Below, in pieces: positions 38,998 to 50,340 of a stretch of DNA of 64,000 nucleotides (the stretch's first letter is position 1; each line of letters begins with the position of its first letter). The stretch covers positions 218,118,001-218,182,000 of the forward strand of contig NC_058368.1 of assembly GCF_018350175.1 (NCBI RefSeq), read 5' to 3'. Source of the DNA: Felis catus (taxonomy: Eukaryota). The notes under the pieces were generated by a model that saw nothing but the letters and a program-made list of their open reading frames with translations, was not told the origin of the DNA and ran no database searches. Position numbers and translations under genes: made by a program.

Positions 38998-40966
38998 TTG
39001 TTTTGTGTTTTCCAACGAAAATCAATCCCCAAAATAGCACAAGAAGACTATTATGACTTAAATAACACCAATTTTGAGAAATGCAGCTTTTTCACTGTGC
39101 AAAAAAGGACACTCTCTTCACCAGAGTCAGTTAAGATACAAAAATAAACAAAATTAAATAATATCTTGAATGAAAATTGTTTTCCAAATATTAATATATT
39201 CCTTCAAAACTTTGGATCCAGCTACACAGAGTTGACTAAATCCAACAATTATCATTCCAATTTATTCTAGCCCTTCTCATTTTGAACTAGTTAAATACAG
39301 GATTTTTTCAGGACTTCTAGAAAAGTCAACACTATCTTAACAAAAGGAATTCACAAGATGTATAATTTATACCATGTAGGAGACATTATTTGAAATGTAC
39401 CTTATCATTATATTGTATATATTTTATATCACTGCAGAAAAAAACAAAATATTGCAAAACTCATTCTAAAGCTCAATTTCAAAATGGAAAAAGAACATAG
39501 TCTAGAGACAAAATATGTTTTCAAAATAATGAAATTACAGGTATGCCATCTATTTCTGTATAATGAGAACAGAAAAGACGCTTTAGCTTTATGTTAGTAT
39601 ACTGGAGATAGTTATCATTCCTATTATAGATGTTTAGATTATTTTTCAAACATTGCTAAAATAGAGAAAGCTCTAACAAACTACAAAAGTAACTTTGTGT
39701 CCCTCAAACATTAAGGTAATATCAAGTAAAAAAGCAGCAAGCAAAAATTAGCAGTTATATGATAGAATCACGTTCATACATTATCTTAATCCCCCAAGAG
39801 GTAACTTTTAATACAACTATTTGATCTTTCCTCACCTAATTTTGTTAATGATATTATTTGAAATGTCATTTTAAACTATGGATTTCAGCATGTCTCTATG
39901 AAGGCTTCTGTATGGCTATATTTTGATTAGTCCCATAGAGTATTTTTTTAATTGCCAAAACAAAAAAAAAATCAGAAAGAAAAGAAAGCATATTAAGTTG
40001 TGAAAACAGTAAGTGGAATTATATATATATACATATATAAAATTATTAGTATGTATATATTACATACACACACACATTGTGTGTGTGTGTGTGCGTGTGC
40101 ATGAGTGCGCACACGTGCACAGTTATAGCTAATGAACTAAACAGAATCACACTGGTTTGGTTACCAAAATGAATTCGCAGGTGTTCATGCACTTTCTGAT
40201 CCCTCAATTAATTTTGGTTGATTTTTCTACTTAATTATCTCCTTCAAGGCTTTGGAAGCTACTTGACTCTTGTACTTCATCGCAATGTATTTTCTTCTCC
40301 CCATGAGCTCTCAGCAAACATCCAATATTGATAGGAGAGGTGTGTGAAACGTGTATGAACCAGTGAAAGCTGAGGCTGTGGAACTAGTCAGAATGGAGGT
40401 CCCTCCTCCTAGCCTAGAAAACCCCTGGGACCACCTGTTATTAATTGTGTTTGTTCCTCTTCCATTAAACATAGCTCTTGATATTTTTAAAGCATTTGCT
40501 GAATATATGTCTATACATGAAGGAGAAAGTGGATGAACAAATAGACAAATGTGTATGTTCACTAATAGAATTAGACTTTGACAACTTATGTTTTTGGTTG
40601 TTTTTGTTATTACTGATGCTGACGCTGTTTTTATAATAACTGCATCTATTCATCGACCCTATGTTAATATTTAATGGTTTATTTATTATTTTTCAGTAAC
40701 TGATTGAGAGGATGCAGGTGATGGCTTACAATAATAGAAATAATGATGATGATAAGAACGTATTACCTTTCTATTAAACGAACTTCTTACTACAGAAATT
40801 ACAACAAACACAAAGAGAAGACTGACATGCAGTATAGCCTGAGAAACGTCATGGTAATCCAAACATTTGGTAATACCAAACATCCATGGTAGTATCCAAG
40901 ACTAGTTATAAATTCCTCTCCCCCCGCCCTTCCTGATATCAATAATTGTTAGAAAAGTCTGCCTAA

Positions 40967-41184
40967 GGGCACCTGGGTGGCTCAGCCAGTTAAGTACCCG
41001 ACTCTTTGATTTCAGCTCAGGTCATGATCTCACAGTTCATGGGTACAAGCCCTGTGTCAGGGTCTATACTGATTGTGCACAGCCTGCTTGTAATTCTTTC
41101 TCTGTCCCTCTCTCTGTGTCCCTCCCCAGCTTGAGCATGCATGCTCTTTTTTGCAAAATAAATAAATATTTAAAAAAGAAAGAA
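40967..41184 (+). mobile_element. CanSINE
   Basis: Head, CT tract, tail. Confidence 0.95.
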
Positions 41185-41282
41185 GGGCCCCTGGGTGGCT
41201 CAGTCCATTAAGCGTCCGACTCTTGGTTTCGGCTCAGGTCATGATCTCACGGTTTCTGCTGCCAGCGCAGAGCCTGCTTGGG

Positions 41283-41350
<68 letters not shown>

Positions 41351-41404
41351 CCTCCCCCGCTCGTGCTGTCTCTCTCTCTCTCAAATGAATAAAAACTTTA
41401 AAAC
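41185..41404 (+). mobile_element. CanSINE with long (CT)n (41290-41347), directly after the previous SINE tail
   Basis: gggcccctgggtggctcag head; tail followed by aaaagtctgcctaa. Confidence 0.95.
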
Positions 41405-41461
41405 AAAAGTCTGCCTAAATGAAGTGATTAACCGGCTTATTCTTAAAAACAAGAAATATTT

Positions 41462-41673
41462 GGGGCACCTGGGTGGCTCAGTCGGTTGAGCGTCCCACTT
41501 CGGCTCAGGTCATGATCTTGCAATCCGTGAGTTCGAGCCCCGCGTCGGGCTCTGTGCTGACAGCTCAGAGCCTGGAGCCTGTTTCGGATTCTGTGTCTCC
41601 CTCTCTCTCTGACCTTCCCCCGTTCATGCTCTGTCTCTCTCTGTCTCAAAAATAAATAAATGTTAAAAAAAAA
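41462..41673 (+). mobile_element. CanSINE (felid type, young)
   Basis: CpG-rich; flanked by aaatattt on both sides. Confidence 0.97.
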
Positions 41674-41804
41674 CAAATATTTAATTCTTTGGTATTTGGA
41701 AGATGAATAGTGAGTAGGAAATGAACTGAAAAAGGACACCAGATTCAGTTGTGGAAGGTTTTATGTCAAATTAATTAGCTTAGACTGTACCTCATAGCTA
41801 GTAA

Positions 41805-42015
41805 TTTATTTAATTTTAATTTTATTATTTAATTTTATTTTTATTTATTTTATTATTTTATTATTTTATTTTATTATATCATTTCATTTCATTTCATTTC
41901 ATTTCATTTCATTTCATTTCATTTTTGCATCCAGTCCACACCAATGTCTGGCTTGAACTCACAACACTAAGATCAAGAGTCAAATGCTCTACTGGCTGAG
42001 CCAGTCAGGTAACCC
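41805..42015 (-). mobile_element. Short tRNA-like CanSINE with tail expanded to (TTTTA)n/(ATTTC)n
   Basis: gcttgaactcacaacactaagatcaagagtc...tgagccagtcaggtaaccc; ATTTC run at 41881-41924. Confidence 0.8.
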
Positions 42016-42269
42016 TGGTGATTGATTTTAAACAGAGCTGTGGCAGTGGAGATGAATATTTTGATTGACAAATTACTTAACATTGAAAAAATTAAAGAAA
42101 ATATTAACTTTTATTGATCAACATTCCAAAGTAATTTTAAAAACAAGTCCATAATATAATACATAAATATGAAAGTGAAGCTATATTTACCTTTAAGTTT
42201 ACCTTTGCATTGTTACCTTGCTGTTATACTTACATGTCTTTAAATAAAGGTAATTCTTCCCTTCCTTTC

Positions 42270-44063
42270 TTTCCAGTTTATTAAGACATAATTGACATAT
42301 AACACTGTGTAAGTTTAATGTGCACAGTACAATGACTTGACATGGGTACATATTGCAAAATAATTATAATAAGTTTAGTTAACATCAATTACCTCATATA
42401 GTTGCAATTTTTTTTTCCTTGGGATAGAAAGTTTTAGGACCTACTCTTACCAACTTTCAAATATACCACACAGCACTGTTAATCTATAATCATCACGTTG
42501 TATACTGCATCCCAGTATTACAGATCCTATAACTGGAAGTTTGTACTTTTTGACAACTTTCACCCAATTGTCTCACCACCACCACCCCTCCTCTGGCAAC
42601 AACAAATCTGTTATTTTTTTCCATGAGTTTGTTTTTATTTTAGATTCCACATGTAAGTGAAATCATACAATATTTGTCTCACTTACATAATGCCCTCAAG
42701 ATCCACCTATGTTTTCCCTAAGGGCAAGATTTTCCTCTTTTTTATGGCTTAATAGCATTCCTATACATTTCTATAGGTGTTGTGATGATAGATAGATACA
42801 TAGATACATGGATAGATAAGATAATGATAGATGATAGATATATAGATAGATATGACATAGATATGACAAATAGATAGATGACAGATAAACAGTACATTGC
42901 CCTTTACCCATTATTCTGTTGATACACACTTAGATTGTTTCCATGTCTGGACTATTGTAAATAATGCTGCAGTGAACATGGGTGTGCAGAAATCTCTTCA
43001 ACATAGTGATTTCATTCTACTTGGATAAATAACAAAAAGTGAACTTGCTGAATCATACTGTATTTCTAATTTTAATTTTTTGAGAAATCTCCATACTGTT
43101 TTCTGTAGTGGCAGCACTAATTTACATTGCCACCAAGAGTGCCCAAGGCTTCCTTTTTCTTCACATCCTCACCAGCACATGTTATCTCCTTTTAGATGGT
43201 AGTCATTCTAACAGGTGTTCTGTGATATCTTATGGTGGTTTTGATTTGCAATTTCCTAATTATTAGTGATGTTGAGGATATTTTCATGTACCTGTTGGCC
43301 AGTTAAATATCTTCTTTAGAAAAATGTCTATTAAGGTCCTTTGCCCATTTTTTAATTGTATTATTTGGTTTTGGTTTTTGCTGTAGAGTTGTATGAGTTC
43401 TTTATATGTTTTGGATATTAACCTTTCTTAGATAGAGGATTTATAAATATTTTCTCACATTCTATAGATGCCTTTAACTTTGTTGATTATTTGTTTACTG
43501 TACAGGCAATTTTTAATTTTTTAATCCTTGACTTTTGATTTTGTTACTTGTGCCTTATGTTTTATATCCAAAAAATCATTGCCAAGACCCATGTCAAGAC
43601 AATTTTGCCCTATATTTTCTTCTGTGAGTTTCATGGTTTCGGGCATTACAGGAATGCCTTTAATCCATTTTTAGTTAATTTTTATGAGAGGTGTAAGATA
43701 GGGGTCTAATTGTATTCTTTTTTTTCTTTTTTTCTTTTTTTTTTTTTTTGTTGAGAAAGAAAGACAGAGAGAGAGTGTGAGCACAGGAAGTGGGCACAGG
43801 GAGAGACAGAATCTTAAGCGGGCTCTATGTTCAGCATGTAGCCTGATGCAGGGCTCAATTCCACAACCCTGGATCATGCCCTGAGTTGAAATCAAGAGTC
43901 GGATGCTTAACTGACTGAGTCACCCACACGCCCTAGTTTCATTCTTTTACATGTGAATATCCAATTTCCCTAGTACCATTTATTGAAGAGACTGTCTTTT
44001 GTTTAATGACTATTCTTGGCTCCCTTTTCAAATATTAGTTGGCCATATATCTATGGGTTTATT
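42270..44063 (-). mobile_element. L1MA9-like/carnivore L1 3' portion with (GATA)n at 42784-42888
   Basis: ccagttttattaagacataattgacatataacactgtgtaagttt; tagattccacatgtaagtga; aaatcattgccaagacccatgtca; accatttattgaagagactgtc. Confidence 0.92.
43716..43933 (-). mobile_element. CanSINE inside the L1
   Basis: Decayed TSD cta(a/g)tt..attctttt. Confidence 0.93.
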
Positions 44064-46010
44064 GGATATATTTTCTAAAATTGTACATGGTAAAAAACTA
44101 GATAAAAGAAAATTCAGATAATAGAAATGGAGACATATATATGGCTTATGGCTGATGATAATAACATTTCTTGTGTGAGTTAGAAAATTGCTGCTTTTTT
44201 TGGATATGATGTGTCAAACCTAATTTTATGTCCTTGAACAATGGACAATATGCAATATGTTATCAAAAATGGTATGTCTTTTAATTCCCATAAGAGATAC
44301 TCACCTTTTTTTCACAGAGATCTGTATTTGCTGAATAAATGAAAAACTGTCATTAATAATTCTACTGATAGTCTAAATCCTCTGAATTGAAGAAGGAATT
44401 GACCTTAATCACTGTCTGTTTTTAGGAGGTTAGGAACATCACTTACTGATACCACAAGGGGAGTTCACTGTTGCAGAATTATTTCAGAAAGACCTGTGGC
44501 AAAACTCCGCTTCAGAAATTGCATTTGATTATGTGCTGAAATTGTATTTTTCTGTAAATTCACAAAGACCTTATCTTATACTTTTATAATCTATTCTTAA
44601 ATATACTGTCCCTATTTAAAACACTTAAATTATTTTAAAAATTAGATTATAGTATCAACATTTACTTTTCCAAAGATGCTGAGAAGAGCACATTATGAGT
44701 ATTTACTCTATCAATGTTTTATCTAAAATCAAGGAATTAAGGTAATAAAAGCAGGAACTCATAAATCTCCCCAAGTAATCAAAGCATTTTCACATTATGG
44801 TCAATTTTACAGATTTTGTCTGAATTCCTAAAGAAAGTAATGTCTTTCTTTTTCTTATCTTTACAAAATCCTCAAACTATACAGATACATCTACCCAAGA
44901 CATTTTCAATTTGTTCTGGATTATGTTTTACTGCCTTAAGGACCGAATATCCATATAAGCCATGATGATTTAGAACTGGAAAAGAAGAAAGATTAAGATG
45001 CAGAATGGTAGCATTTGTAATTTAAGTTTTTAAAAAATCTATTTATGATAGCATATAAATTCAAGAAATTCTAATCTCAAGGTAATGGCTCCATAACAAA
45101 TTTGTTAAATATCAGTTTGGGATTAATTGAGTAGAAAATAAAATTGAATAAAATATTTTCTCCAATCTTCTAGAAGACATGAATTAATATTAACATAAAT
45201 TTAGCAGCTAAATTAGGAGTACCCACAGAAAAGCCTTGTGGTATTTATTATAAAGTTGTGTTTTTATGAAGCCTGAGACTTTCTGTAGGTCCTTGTCTTA
45301 TTAGAAAAAAGAAAATAAATGAAGTATGAGTAATGAAAATATTACAATATAATTTGTACACCTATATCATCATAATGAAATACTTGAAAATGTAATTCTT
45401 TCTTTAAAGTGCATATCTGAAGGACATTACCATAATAACTTATATATGCTTACCTGGGTTTTGATATGCATTTAGGAAAAGTATTAGCTACTGGATAAAT
45501 TATCACTACTATGAATAGATGATGATTTCTATATATTTTCAAGCAGAAAAATATTAAATTTAAATTTATTGCATTTTTAACTCCTAAAAATAATGTTTCT
45601 GTGGCTAGGGATTTCAATTATAATAGAAGTGAACTGATGTTTCTGCCCAGTTCCTCAAGCTAAAATACACTGTGAAAAAAAAGAATGAAGGAAAAACAGA
45701 AAATAAAGGTAATTTCCCATAAAGCAAGAAAACCCATAATTCTAACAAGAAATTATATATGAATAACTGTTAAAATATGTGAAATAACAAACCAGGAACA
45801 GGGAGGGAAGTATGCATGTGAGGAAGTATGTGGAAACCATGGGCATAAACAAAAATAGAAAAAGTCAGATGCAAACTAAGACCCACAAAAATTATACTAG
45901 GAAACAGCTCTATAATGATTACAGACATTAATGATTTATATTGAATAATACATAAATACTGTATATATAATAACTGTTATAATTTATAACAGATACAAAT
46001 TACAAACAAT

Positions 46011-46560
46011 GGGATGATGTCCTCGAAGTTGGTGGAGTAGGGAGCTCTAAGAATTGGTCCCCACACTGAAATAACTGGTGCGCTAACAAGAACTGTTAGA
46101 ATAAACTATTTCAGAACTTTTTTGTCTAGTCGAATGCTTGTGGTGTCCAGGGGAGTGCTTACTGAAGAAAGAAACTGGTATTATTTTGAATTTTGGAATT
46201 TCAGCAAGCAGCTCCTCGTCCCTGATTCCCAGCCTATTGTAGACAATCTTGGGATGGTAGTTTGCATTTTTGATGTGGTCTGCTGATGCCACAGTGAATA
46301 TAAAGATCTTGTCCTCCAAAAATTTGAGTTGTGTGTTTTGACCAGCCTGAATGTTTGCTGGCACACAGGGTGGACATCATTTCAACCACACTGGGTTAAA
46401 GTGATTTCTTGGGAGGCATCTATCAAAATAATGTAAAAAAGCAGAACAATTTTTTGTTTAGCTTTTCTTATTGAATCCAGACATTTAAGAATATTGCTCT
46501 GAGGTCACTGACTGCCAAGTGAATGAAACAGAGATGTGAGTAACCACACACAAGGAATAC
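46011..46560 (+). mobile_element. Old L1 5'-end (L1MC/L1MD-type 5'UTR) relic
   Basis: aagttggtggagtagggagctc, caagaactgttagaataaactatttcagaact, ccaggggagtgcttactgaagaaaga; resembles recalled L1M 5' consensus. Confidence 0.55.
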
Positions 46561-46609
46561 AGGTCAGAAATCAGGTAGAAATTGATATTGCAGCCTTGAG
46601 TCTCAACTC

Positions 46610-47282
46610 CAGAATGCAGAGATAAGCCAAACATCCACAGTCAATTGAATTTTTCCAAGGGTACCAAGACCATTCACTGGGAAAGAATAGGCTCTTAAAT
46701 AAATAGTGCCAAAACTTCATAAGGACATGCAAAATAATGAAACTGGATCCCTACCTAAATGCATATGCAAAGATGAACTCAAAACTGATTAACAGCCTAA
46801 ATCTAAGTTATACACCTATAAAAATCTTAAAGAATACAGAGGTAAATCTTCATGACATCTGATTTGAAAGTAGATTCTTAGAAGTGACACCAAAACTTAA
46901 AAAAAAAGAGAAGAAAACATAGATAAGTTGGACTATATAAAAATGTCAAAGATTTCTGCATCAAAGAATATTATCAAGAAACAGAAAAGACAACCTAGAG
47001 AATGGGAAAATACTCACCAATTATTTATCTGGTAAAAGTTTAATAACATAAGAGAGATAAAAGTGTTACAACTTATTAACAAAAAGACAACCCAAATTAA
47101 AAATGTACAAAAGACTTGAATAGACATTTCTCAAAAAAGAAATACAAAAAACCAACAAGTACTTGAAAAAAGATGTTCAACATCATTGGTCATTAAGAAA
47201 ATGCAAATTAAAACCACAGTGAGACGCCACTTCACACTCACTGGAATGGCTAAAGTAAAAATAAAGAAAAACAGCAAATGGT
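46610..47282 (+). mobile_element. Old L1 ORF2 3' segment
   Basis: caagggtaccaagaccattca, aaactggatccctacct, acaacctagagaatgggaaaa, gaaaatgcaaattaaaaccacagtgaga. Confidence 0.9.
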
Positions 47283-47433
47283 GGTGTGTCTCCTCCCTTA
47301 ATCCTCCCATTTGATTAATTAGACCAATCATTATCAATTATCAGTCTGTTTCTATCCAGTTACCACTCAAACCAGATTTTCAGGCTTCAGTGACCATGAA
47401 CTCCACAATCACCTGGTTGAAAAATGACCTACT

Positions 47434-47655
47434 GGGATGCCTGGGTGGCTCAGTCAGTTGAGCGTACGACTTCAGCTCAGGTCATGATCTCATGGTCTGT
47501 GAGTTCAAGCCCTGCGTCCGGCTCTGTGCTGACAGCTCAGAGCCTGGAGCCTGCTTCAGAGTCTGTGATTCCCTCTCTCCCTGCCCCTCCCCCGCTTATG
47601 CTCCGTCTTTCTCTCTGTCAAAAATAAATAAAACATTTAAAAAAAATTTTTAAAT
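47434..47655 (+). mobile_element. CanSINE (felid type)
   Basis: TSD aaaaatgacctac. Confidence 0.98.
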
Positions 47656-48422
47656 AAAAATGACCTACCAAATCTTGGGCGTTGTGGCGCATGGATGTGT
47701 GACCTCTGTATCTGCTCCAGGCAACCTGTACTCTGTATATAATCCAGCCACCTAGCCAATAAGAGCTGTTAGTCCTCACTAACCTGTCCTCTCAAGAGTA
47801 TTAATGACTCACTGACAATGTGTACCCATCTCCTTATGGGCTTTTCTAAGAAATATTCCATCCTTATGGGGAGGTGGGGGCATTCAATTCCTTCAGCCAT
47901 ACAATGGCATTGAAATCCACTCCATATGAGCAGTCACTGTGTGTTGCCTATGAATGCCATCAACAAGTATCACATCAAAGAATCAGGCTGTTACTCATCA
48001 GCAGAAGAGGTGGCAGGTACATGGACACCATCCTTTCCACATCCTGTGAAGAAATATGCTTCAACTTATACACAAGAGTGTGTACTATGGTTCTGAAGTC
48101 CACAGAGAACCATCTGTCTGTGGCTCCTTCATTTTATAAAACATACTTGAGTGGTAGAGTTGGGTTCTGGGAGCTTTTGTTTGGGGTTAAGGCAATAAGC
48201 AGTCTGAGCTTAGGAAATGCATGTTTAGGAAGTTCTTAGAAATACTCACAAAAAAGAAAATTAAATTTTTGTGCCATGGGAAACTGAATCTAGGGAGGAG
48301 TAGTGAAGAACTGATTTTGTTGGGAGGCAAAGAGAAGAATGGCTCAGCAATTATATTTTCCTCCAAAATATTCCACTGTAGTTTGTGAATTTAACATCAT
48401 AAAAAACAATTATGTATTTTAA

Positions 48423-48660
48423 TTTTTTTTTATTTTTTTAAGATTAATTTACTTTTGAGAGAGAGAGAAAGAGAGAGAGAGAGACAGCCATGGCGTGAGG
48501 ATGGGAGGGGCAGAGAGAGAGGGAGACACAGAATCTGAAGCAGGCTCCAGGCTCTGAGCTGTCAGTCCAGAGCCTGATGTGGGGCCTGAACCCCAAAACT
48601 GCAGTATCACGACCTGAGCCAAAATCAGACACTTAACTGACTGAACCACCCAGGAGCCCC
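48423..48660 (-). mobile_element. CanSINE (felid type)
   Basis: 20-bp TSD aaaacaattatgtattttaa. Confidence 0.98.
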
Positions 48661-49317
48661 AAAACAATTATGTATTTTAAAAGTCAAAATAAATCAAAAT
48701 TTTACTTTTTTTAAACATCAAACTTTTTATAGAGTTTGAGTTGCCTTTATAATCTATTAAATATCTACAATCTTTTGATATTTCAGTAAAGAATTATACA
48801 TAGTAGGATGGTGTATTTAAAACAAGGGAGAGTGAATTAAATTAGCATACTTTTGGGATACAAAGTATAATTGAATACACTTCCATATTAACAACTTAGC
48901 TCTGAGGCCTAATTGTTCACAGGGCCTCCAACTTTCCAGTTTCTTTCAGTGCAGTGCATGGGAAAACAGCATGGAAATGCAATGACTCTAAATGCTTTTA
49001 CTTTGAACCACTTAAATAAGTGAAGGGATATTTACTCTAGCTATTTCTGTTACTGTATAAAGGCAATGCTTTTGATAGAACATTGCAATTCATTCATGCT
49101 AACTATAAAAAACCATACAATAAAACTAACTTAGAAGCCAGCAGGGAAAGAACTAAATCCTCTTCAAATGTAGTATTATCTGAGTAACTATCCTCCAGAG
49201 ACAACGTTGAAAACAGACCTAAGTTTAAACTGTGACACCAACACTTCCTCTTCCTTAGAAAACTTTCCTACATCTCTAAATTTTGTCTTTAAACTGGCAC
49301 TGTGACTCTTACTGTAC

Positions 49318-49739
49318 TGTATTACTCAGAGTTCGCCAGAGAAACAGAACCATCAGGATATGTATACATACAGAGAGAAAAATTTATTTTAAGGAATTGG
49401 CTAACACCACTGTAAAGGCTAACAAGTCCAAAATCAACCAGGTGGGCTGGCAGGCTGGAGATGCTGGGAAAGGTTGATGTTGTAGCTTGATTCCAAGGGC
49501 AATCTGGAGACAGAATTCTCTCTTCCTTAGGGGATCTCAGTCTGTTTTCTGCTAAGGCTTTCAAGTGACTGGATGAGGCCCACTCACATTATGGAAAGTA
49601 ATCTGCTTTACTCAAAGTTGGCTTATTTAAATGCTAATCTCATGTAAAAAATGCCTTCACAGCAACAACCAGACTGTATTTGACCAAATGTCTGGATGCC
49701 GTGGCCCAGTCAAGTCAACACATAACATTAACTATCACA
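49318..49739 (-). mobile_element. MLT2 (ERVL) solo LTR, complete
   Basis: TG...CA ends (tgtattactcagagttcgccagagaaacagaac ... attaactatcaca); 5-bp TSD tgtac/tatac. Confidence 0.92.
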
Positions 49740-49960
49740 TATACCTAAAGTAAAGTAGACTAATGAATACCTGTTCTTCTCTAGACCTTTAGTATGCAGA
49801 GCTTAAAGTACATAAACCTACAGGAGAACCAGCTAGTGTCGATAGTGCCTTCAGATGTATTCCCTAAAAGTAAGTCAGAGAACAACGTAAGGCACCAATA
49901 GCAAGCATTTTTATTTTAAAGGAAAAGAAACAAGGAAAAAATTAAGAAACTACTAGAAAG

Positions 49961-50188
49961 GGGGCGCCTGGGTAGTTCAGTCGGTTAAGTGTCCGACTTC
50001 AGCTCAGGTTATGATCTCATGGTTGGTGGGTTCGAGCCCCGCATCGGGCTCTGTGCTGAACGCTTGCTCAGAGCCTGGAGCCTGCTTCACATTCTGTGTC
50101 TCCTCTCTCTCTCTCTCTGCCCCTCCTCCACTCGTGCTCTGTCTCACTCTGTCTTTCAAAAATAAATAAATGAAATAAAAAAATTTTT
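49961..50188 (+). mobile_element. CanSINE (felid type)
   Basis: TSD aagaaa(c/t)tactagaaag. Confidence 0.98.
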
Positions 50189-50234
50189 AAGAAATTACTA
50201 GAAAGATTTTTTTTCAAAATGTGGGAGGAAATAT

Positions 50235-50340
50235 ACCTATGATATGATAGCAAATCAAATGGAATCAACAACTTTTGGTCTTGTTAGAGACCTATGATAG
50301 CAAATCAAATGGAATCAACAACTTTTGGTCTTGTTAGAGA
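50235..50340 (+). repeat. 50-bp-period tandem duplication
   Basis: 48 identical bases at 50243-50290 and 50293-50340. Confidence 0.98.

Noticed and set aside
40351..40536. 61-aa ORF YEPVKAEAVELVRMEVPPPSLENPWDHLL in unique DNA
   Set aside because: GTG start, no recognisable homology, no convincing flanking donor site
47874..48239. 121-aa plus-strand ORF; also minus-strand FFDVILVD, resembling RPL15 FFEVILID
   Set aside because: ORF has a GTG start and no domain; residues flanking the motif do not match RPL15
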